Shown here: one piece after another, positions 57,357 to 64,000 of the stretch
Position numbering within the stretch: the first letter of the stretch is position 1
Layout: every line of letters starts with the position of its first letter
Origin: Octopus sinensis
Lineage: Eukaryota
Direction: 5' to 3'
Length of the DNA stretch: 64,000 nucleotides
Assembly (NCBI RefSeq): GCF_006345805.1
Contig: NC_042997.1
Span: 210,056,001 to 210,120,000 of the forward strand
The notes under the pieces: generated by a model
What the model saw: only the letters and a program-made list of their open reading frames with translations
The model's database searches: none
Told to the model about the DNA's origin: nothing
Made by a program: the position numbers and the translations under genes

Positions 57357-57419
57357 AGATAACTGAAGAGATGGTGTTGTGGATTTCCACTTCGGCATCT
57401 GAAACTCAGAGTTTTATCT
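57357..57419 (+). ncRNA. Type-I hammerhead-like motif within a PLE-like repeat (~57330-57500)
   Basis: AGAUAA-CUGAAGA-GAUG...CAUC-U-GAAACUCAGAGUU^UUAUCU. Stem I is 6 bp; stem III has the same ACUC/GAGU as the 6.9-kb motif. Confidence 0.6.
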
Positions 57420-57733
57420 TGACTATTGAGTAATTGTAACATATTATTTTATAGATAAATTTCCTCTATTTACTTTTGTTATCTTACCGTTTTTACCAAT
57501 ATATATATATATATATATAATCATCATCCTTTTTTGTCCATTGTCCATGTTGGCATGGGCTGGACAGTGGCATGGCTACACAGAGGCATGCGTCATTACA
57601 GCCACAACATTACTCCCTGCTTTCAGCAGTCTAGGATGTGTTGTACTTTTCAAAGATTGTGGAGTGTGATGTGATGTGAGATGTATTTGGCTGCTATTTC
57701 TGCCAAGCAAGCACATTGGTGGTGGTGGTGGTG

Positions 57734-57796
<63 letters not shown>

Positions 57797-58128
57797 ATAT
57801 TAGTAGTAGTAGTAGTAGTAGTAGTGATTGTGTGTGTGGTATATGTTTTATTTATGCGTATATATTATATACGTTAATTTTTATATATTTATATATATAT
57901 TACATCTTATATATATATATATAGGACAGACAGATGGAGGGAGAGAGAACTTGCTGTTTACTCCTGCTACCTGCTGGCAACACATATACCAAGTGTCACA
58001 GTTCTACCTAATTGTGGGATAGATTACATTAATGTGAGAGAGAGAGAGAGAGACTGTCTCTATAAATAGTCAAATGTTTGTAGAAAGGGGGAAGGAGGGA
58101 GATAGATGTGATGAAAGACCTTGGAAAG

Positions 58129-58164
<36 letters not shown>

Positions 58165-58997
58165 TACATACATACAGTCTAACAAGGTATTTACTGAAAT
58201 TGCTAGAAATAGCAGCTAGATATGTCACCCTATGCACAGGCATCTTAAATACCTTTACTTGAAGGTACCAGCTGTAACGGTTCCTGAGTGACAACTGGGG
58301 CTACCTTTCTACTACCCAGTTACCCATCCTCTACATCACTACATGGTTGTAACACTGGCAGGATCACAGAAGATGTATCGCTGACGTACCCGAGTACATT
58401 ACCTACATACAGAGAGACTTGAGTAATGTCGGGTGTGACCTTAGGAGAATCACAGTTGAGGTGGTGTCATTGTAATATGACACAGGAATCATATAAGACA
58501 AAATAAGACAAGCTGTATCACAGAACCTGTCTGCCCTGAAGAGGATCAAAATATTCTTTCATGTTTCATCATCATCATCATCGTTCATCGTTTAACTTCC
58601 GCTTTCCATGCTAGCATGGGTTGGACGGTTCGACTGAGGGCTGGCAAACCAGATGACTGCACCAGGCTCCAATCTTGATCTGGCAGAGTTTCTACAGCTG
58701 GATGCCCTTCCTAACGCCAACCACTCCATGAGTGTAGTAGGTGCATCTTACATGCCACCGGCACGGGGGCCAGTCAGGCAGTACTGGCAATGACCTCACT
58801 CGAATCTTTTTACACATGCCGCCGGCACAGGTGCCAGTAAGGCAACATTGGTAACGATCACGCTCGAATGGTGCCCTTTTACGTGCCACCAGCACGGAAG
58901 CCAGTTGGCTGCTCTGGCAATGATCATGCTCAGATGGTGCTCTTGGCACCCTACTAGCACAGGCACAAGTGCCAGTAAGGCGCTTATTTATTTTTAA

Positions 58998-59395
58998 CTA
59001 GCAGTATCACCCGGCGTTGCTCGGGTTTGTAAGGGAAATAACTATATAAGCATTTTTAGAGATGTAAAGTATAATAGCCATCTCAATATGGCTAACCACA
59101 AAGGGGGTGGTGTTACTGTAGCTTTTTACGTTCTGAGATTTAATAATAAATTTTTAGAGAGTTACTTCCCTTATATATGCCAAAAATGCATTAAAAATGG
59201 GAAAAATTGATGGTAATTTATTTTTTAAATCGTAGACTCATCGTAGACACGTGCTAATACCCAGAAGGGCTCGATATGAATCACGACTATAAGATACCCG
59301 GTTTTGGTTAAACTGCACCGCAAAATGTGGGAGAAGTTAGGAATCTAAATCGTAGGAGACAGACAGACACACAACCTCACTTTTATATATAAAGA
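58998..59395 (-). mobile_element. Non-autonomous Helitron (same family as 9963-10352)
   Basis: Minus strand: A|TCTTTATATATAAAAG ... CCCGAGCAACGCCGGG ... CTAG|T. Confidence 0.85.
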
Positions 59396-59399
59396 TTAT

Positions 59400-59570
59400 G
59401 TCTGATCATTTGGAAGCTGAATGGCAGAGGAAAGCAGAAGAGAAGCAACAAGAAAGGAAATGGAGGCTGCAACAACCGAAGCCTTTCCAGGGATCCGTTG
59501 TGAACTTTGCAAGAGACATCCATGCAAGAACCGGCCTCATTAGTCACCAGAGGCATAAACATGGACAGAG
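59400..59570 (+). mobile_element. Possible LINE ORF C-terminal fragment (decayed zinc-knuckle)
   Basis: EEKQQERK...RDIHARTGLISHQRHKH resembles the ARIGLxSHxRxH ends of RTE-like ORFs. Confidence 0.45.
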
Positions 59571-61329
59571 GGGAAGAAGTGGTCAAGAAGAAACCAAATA
59601 AATCACCGGACACACGATTAAATGCCAACGATTTTTAATTAGTGTTAAGACTATATTTTGCAAGGAGGGAGACATAGGATGTTGTGGTGTTCATGTCTCT
59701 CCAAGAGATACTGTTAGCTCAAGTAGAGTAAAAGTAGGGAGCTTATTAAACCTAGTGATGCCAATCCACCTGAGACCACCTCTCATCGTCATCTTTTAAT
59801 GTCCATTTTCCATGCTGGCATGGGTTGGACAGTTTGACAGGAGCTGCACTAGATTCCATTGTCTGTTTTGGCAGGGTTTCTACAGCTAGATGTCCTTCCT
59901 CATGCCAACCACTCCACAGACTGGGTGCTTTTCATGTACCATCACATCAAAGTGGCTGTTGAATGTTACTGCTAGTTTAACCCCAGGCAGATTCTCCACC
60001 AGCTGGTTATCGGTTCAAACACTCTGCATCCTTTATGTAGAATATAGTACTAGCTGGGGGAGCAAACCCTGTTGTAGCTTACGGGACTGACTCAATTAAG
60101 AGCTATTTATGATAAGAATAATAAGAAGAAGAATGATAAGAATAATAATGATTTCAAATTTTTGCCACAAGGGCAGCTTGGGAGAGGGGATTAAGTCAAT
60201 TACATCGACCCCCGGTGCATAACTATTTAATGAACCCTGAAAGGATGAAAGTAAAGTTGACCTTGGTGGTATTTGAACTTAGAATGTAGCAGCAGATGAA
60301 ATACTGCAAAGCATTTTGCCCGGCATGCCAACGATTCTGCCAGCTTTCCACCTTAATAATAATAATTAATAACAATAAGAAAAATAATGATAATAATAAT
60401 AATAATAATTTCAAATTTAGGCAGAAGGCCAGTAATTTCAGAGTAGGGGCTAAGTCGATTACACTGTGCCAAGTGCTCAACTGACACTTACTTTATTGAC
60501 CCCGAGAGGATGAAAAGCAAAGTTGACCTCAACAGAACTTGAACTCAGAATGCAAAGACAGATGAAATGCCACTAAGCATTTTGCTTACAATATAAAGTG
60601 CGGGTGGCACGTAAAAAGCACCCACTACACTCACGGAGTGGTTGGCGTTAGGAAGGGCATCCAGCTGTAGAAACATTGCCAGATAAGACTGGAGCCTGGT
60701 GCAGCCTCCTGGCTTCTCAGATCCCCGGTCGAACCGTCCAACCCGTGCTAGCGCGGAAAACGGACATTAAACGATGATGATGATGATGATAAAGTAACTT
60801 TCTCCCTCTTCTGAAATTGCTGGCCTTGTATCAAAATTTGACAGCAGTATTATAATCATTCTTAAATCCCCCTCTATTTCCATATTTAGTGGTTGAAGCA
60901 CCCTGATTTTTGGTGCCCTTGTTGGGTATCGAGGATTTCCGTATTGAGTTTAACATAACGAATGATCGGTCAGCTTTGTTGATTCTTGTATTTATTCCAT
61001 GAATGCAATCATCATCATCATTTAGCGTCCGTTTTCCATGCTAGCATGGGTTGGACGGTTCAACTGGGGTCTGTGAAGCGGAAGGCTTCAACAGGCCCAG
61101 TCAGATCTGGCAGTGTTTCTACAGCTGGATGCCCTTCCTAACGCCAACCACTCCGTGAGTGTAGTGGGTGCTTTTTACGTGCCACCTGCACAGGTGCCAG
61201 ACAGAGCTGGCAAACGGCCACGAACAGATGGTGCTTTTACGTGCCACCAGCACGGGGGCCAGGCGAGGCTGGCAATCTCCATCCATTATTGTTTTGGTGC
61301 CTAGATAGTTCAGTTCCTCAATGTTTGCG

Positions 61330-61900
61330 ATTGGTTTGTTATTGAAAGTCACACGGTCAGCATCTGTTATATTTTCACAAGGGGTGTATGTTTTATTCTT
61401 GTTCGTTTTGAAACCTATCATCAATTCTCAGCAAGAGCGCCAATTACGATTTTACCAAAGCAACTTACTTAACATCCTCCTCTATGGTTCCGAATGTTGG
61501 AAAACAACCAAAAGTGTTGAAAAGAAATTAGAGGTGTTTCAAAATAAATGTTTACGAAAAATTTTGAAGGTCTAGAGGCCAAATATGATCTCGAATAATG
61601 AACTACCACACACCATGGCTAATGTGAAACCAGTAAGAGAAACTATTGAAGCAGCAAGGAGATGGAAATGGCTGGGTCAAGTTTGGCGCTATAAACTGAA
61701 CTCAATTTTCAGGATCGTTTTGCAATGGGTTCCACAAAATAAAAGAAGACGTGGTTGACCAAAGGAAGAACAATAACAAAAGACCTTAAAAGCAGAGGGT
61801 TAACAATGGAACAAGCTATCAAGGACGCTTTCAGTGTTGGAAGGTGGAATGGTCTTGCTCTCGCCTCAAGTGCCTCAAGGCACAATGCGAACCAAATGAA
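61330..61900 (+). mobile_element. Second RTE-type LINE, C-terminal fragment
   Basis: NILLYGSECWKTTKSVEKKLEVFQNKCLRKILKV ... RRWKWLGQV. Confidence 0.8.
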
Positions 61901-62779
61901 TGAATGAATGTACCCTGATCTGTGTGTCCAATACATACCAGAGTGGAAAACGGATGTTAAAGGATGATGATGATGATGATCTGCATATATTTGTCCTTGT
62001 CTTGATATTGTTGTATTATAGTTGCGTTTGTCACTGTCATATAAACCATGTCATTCATTCCCAATTTTCTAGAAGAAATTGCTTGGTCATGGGGGAAATA
62101 TTACCTTGTTTGGAAGCAAGGGTGGATTGGCAACAGGAAGGGCATCCAGTTGTAGAAAATTTTCCTCAATAAACTCTATCCAGTCCATGCAAGATTGGAA
62201 AAGTGGACATTAACAAACTTTGCCAGATCGGATTGGAGCCTGGTACAACCTTCTGGCTTGCCAGCCCTCAGTCAAACCGTCCGACCCATGCCAGCATGGA
62301 AAGAGGACGTTAAACAATGACAATTACATATCTGGTAATGAATTAATTGAATCTCAGATTATTTTTTTTTTATGTCCTCTGCTAAAAATACGGTCAGTGA
62401 AAGTTGAAACAATTTCTATGTCAATCCAGCATGGAAGCTACTATATGGTTGATTGAATTGCTAGAAATAGCAACCGAATCTTCCTTAAATCAAAATCTTC
62501 AATCGCAATCTGGTAAAAGAACATATTGGATGATGGATTCCAAATTGTGTGCAGGGAAAATACAGTATGGCTAAGCCTTGCTAGATAATCCCTCACTCAA
62601 AGGACTGATTCAACAGATAAGCGCTAACAATTTCAATGTCTCCCTGACGACTAATTTCTTTCTGTTTTCGTCTCCTTAATTACTTATTTACCTCTTTCTC
62701 TCTTTCTCTCCTCGCAGTGAAATCTGAGATTTCCAGATACCAAAGCCTTTCTCTTGGTCTCTACCCGGAGTGTGGTACA

Positions 62780-63060
62780 CCTGATCCTTACAAAGCATCC
62801 AACCATGGCCACGTCCGAGACAGTATTTATTGTGCGGCAGCAACATGGTGTCTCTCACAGGCATACAGGTACGTCTTCCCCCCTCTAATTCTGAATAGAC
62901 CTCTCTTCCACTGACCTCTCTACCAAGGGACAGTGTCGCCCATATTAGAGTACTGACTCCATATCTACGATTGTGCAGCAGCCATGGACATAGACATCCT
63001 GGTGACCATCACCCTGATAGACAACCTTTTACTCACCAACTTACTGCATCTCTTCCACTC
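62780..63060 (+). mobile_element. Decayed CR1/L2-like RT C-terminal fragment
   Basis: LYQGTVSPILEY*LHIYDCAAA resembles the RPxLEYxxxxW motif. Confidence 0.5.
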
Positions 63061-63119
63061 ACTCTCCTTCTCAGAACTAACAAACTCTCCACCTCAAACT
63101 ATCCAAATCTACTCAACTC

Positions 63120-63410
63120 TTCTCTTTCTTCTACTTTTTCTCCTTTTTCACCTTCTCCTCCTCCTCTTTCTCCTCCTTTCCCTTCTCCTCCTCCTCTTTC
63201 TCCTCCTTTTCCTTCTCCTCCTCCTCTTTCTCCTCCTTTTCCTTCTCCTACTTCTTCTCCACCTCCTCCTCTTCCTTCTCCTCCTTTCCCTCTACCTCTT
63301 CCTTCTCCATCTTCTTCTCTTGCTTCTCCTCCTCTTTCTCCTCTTCCTTCTCCTCCTCCTCCTCCTCTTCCTTCTCCTCCTCCTCTTCCTTCTCCTCCTT
63401 CTTTGTCCTG
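63120..63410. repeat. Polypyrimidine (CCT/CTT) low-complexity tract
   Basis: Direct inspection. Confidence 0.9.
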
Positions 63411-64000
63411 AACTACAACACCACCCTGGAACCTCTTCCCCCTCCCCCATTCTCCAATAGTCATCAAATCACATCCTTACCAATCTGTCAGCATCTCCAA
63501 GGGCTATGGACCCACACCTTTCTTCTTCATTAAAATAATAGCATAGCTCAAGGCCATACACATTTTTATCAATCCCCAGCACATAACTGGTACTTTACTT
63601 TCATCCACGTCAAAAGATGAAAGATAAACTTCATCCTGACAGAATATGAGCAGAGAGAAAAAAATGTGAATTAATTACTTTTGTTGAAAGGAAGAGAGAG
63701 AAAACAATTTTAATTAGCAGTCCTAATGGAAGAAGGACCAAGTCTGTGATTTTAATTGGAATTTTATTAATTGTAGTGAAGTGGTGAAAAGATTAGCTGG
63801 ACAACTAATGGTGGTTTAATCTGTTCTTTAGCAAGTAGTGATAACACTGAGAATGTTCCAGTCTTATATGGACCTCATCAGTGAAGATCAAAGAAATCGG
63901 ATTAAATTTGTATTAGTCTTCCAGCTCATGTTTTCTTCTCATTGTATACTCTTTTACTCTTTTTGACTGTGACCATGCTGGAGCACCACCTTTTAGTCAA

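Noticed and set aside
62971-63467. Pro/Ser-rich, Leu-rich and Gly/Glu-rich ORFs
   Set aside because: All three come from one CCT/CTT low-complexity tract.
52200-64000. Divergent gene upstream of ITFG1
   Set aside because: I found no non-TE exon-like sequence; everything recognisable is repeat-derived.

Overview
AT-rich, repeat-dense animal genomic DNA. The repeat landscape (tRNA-head SINEs, RTE LINE 3' ends with (GAT)n tails, very long microsatellites) suggests an octopus or other coleoid cephalopod; this is inference. The window holds one complete protein-coding gene, ITFG1 (LINKIN / T-cell immunomodulatory protein), on the minus strand. I reconstructed it by hand as 17 coding exons from 52130 down to 7546. 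All introns are GT-AG, all phases are compatible, and the CDS is 1896 nt (631 aa). The rest is transposon-derived: a near full-length decayed RTE LINE and about 35 copies of its 3'UTR, several SINE families, Tx1-, CR1- and R4/Dong-like fragments, two non-autonomous Helitrons, MITEs and foldbacks, mini- and microsatellites. The most interesting signals are: (1) several minimal type-I hammerhead ribozyme motifs of Penelope/retrozyme type, including a core-intact one on the ITFG1 sense strand just before the first canonical poly(A) signal, paired with an inverted mutant copy; (2) a tRNA-headed SINE carrying a hammerhead; (3) a PHD-type zinc finger inserted inside the RTE reverse transcriptase; (4) a tandemly amplified, covarying structured RNA unit in the RTE 3'UTR. 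Exon coordinates were counted base by base. Repeat boundaries are approximate. No database searches were run.
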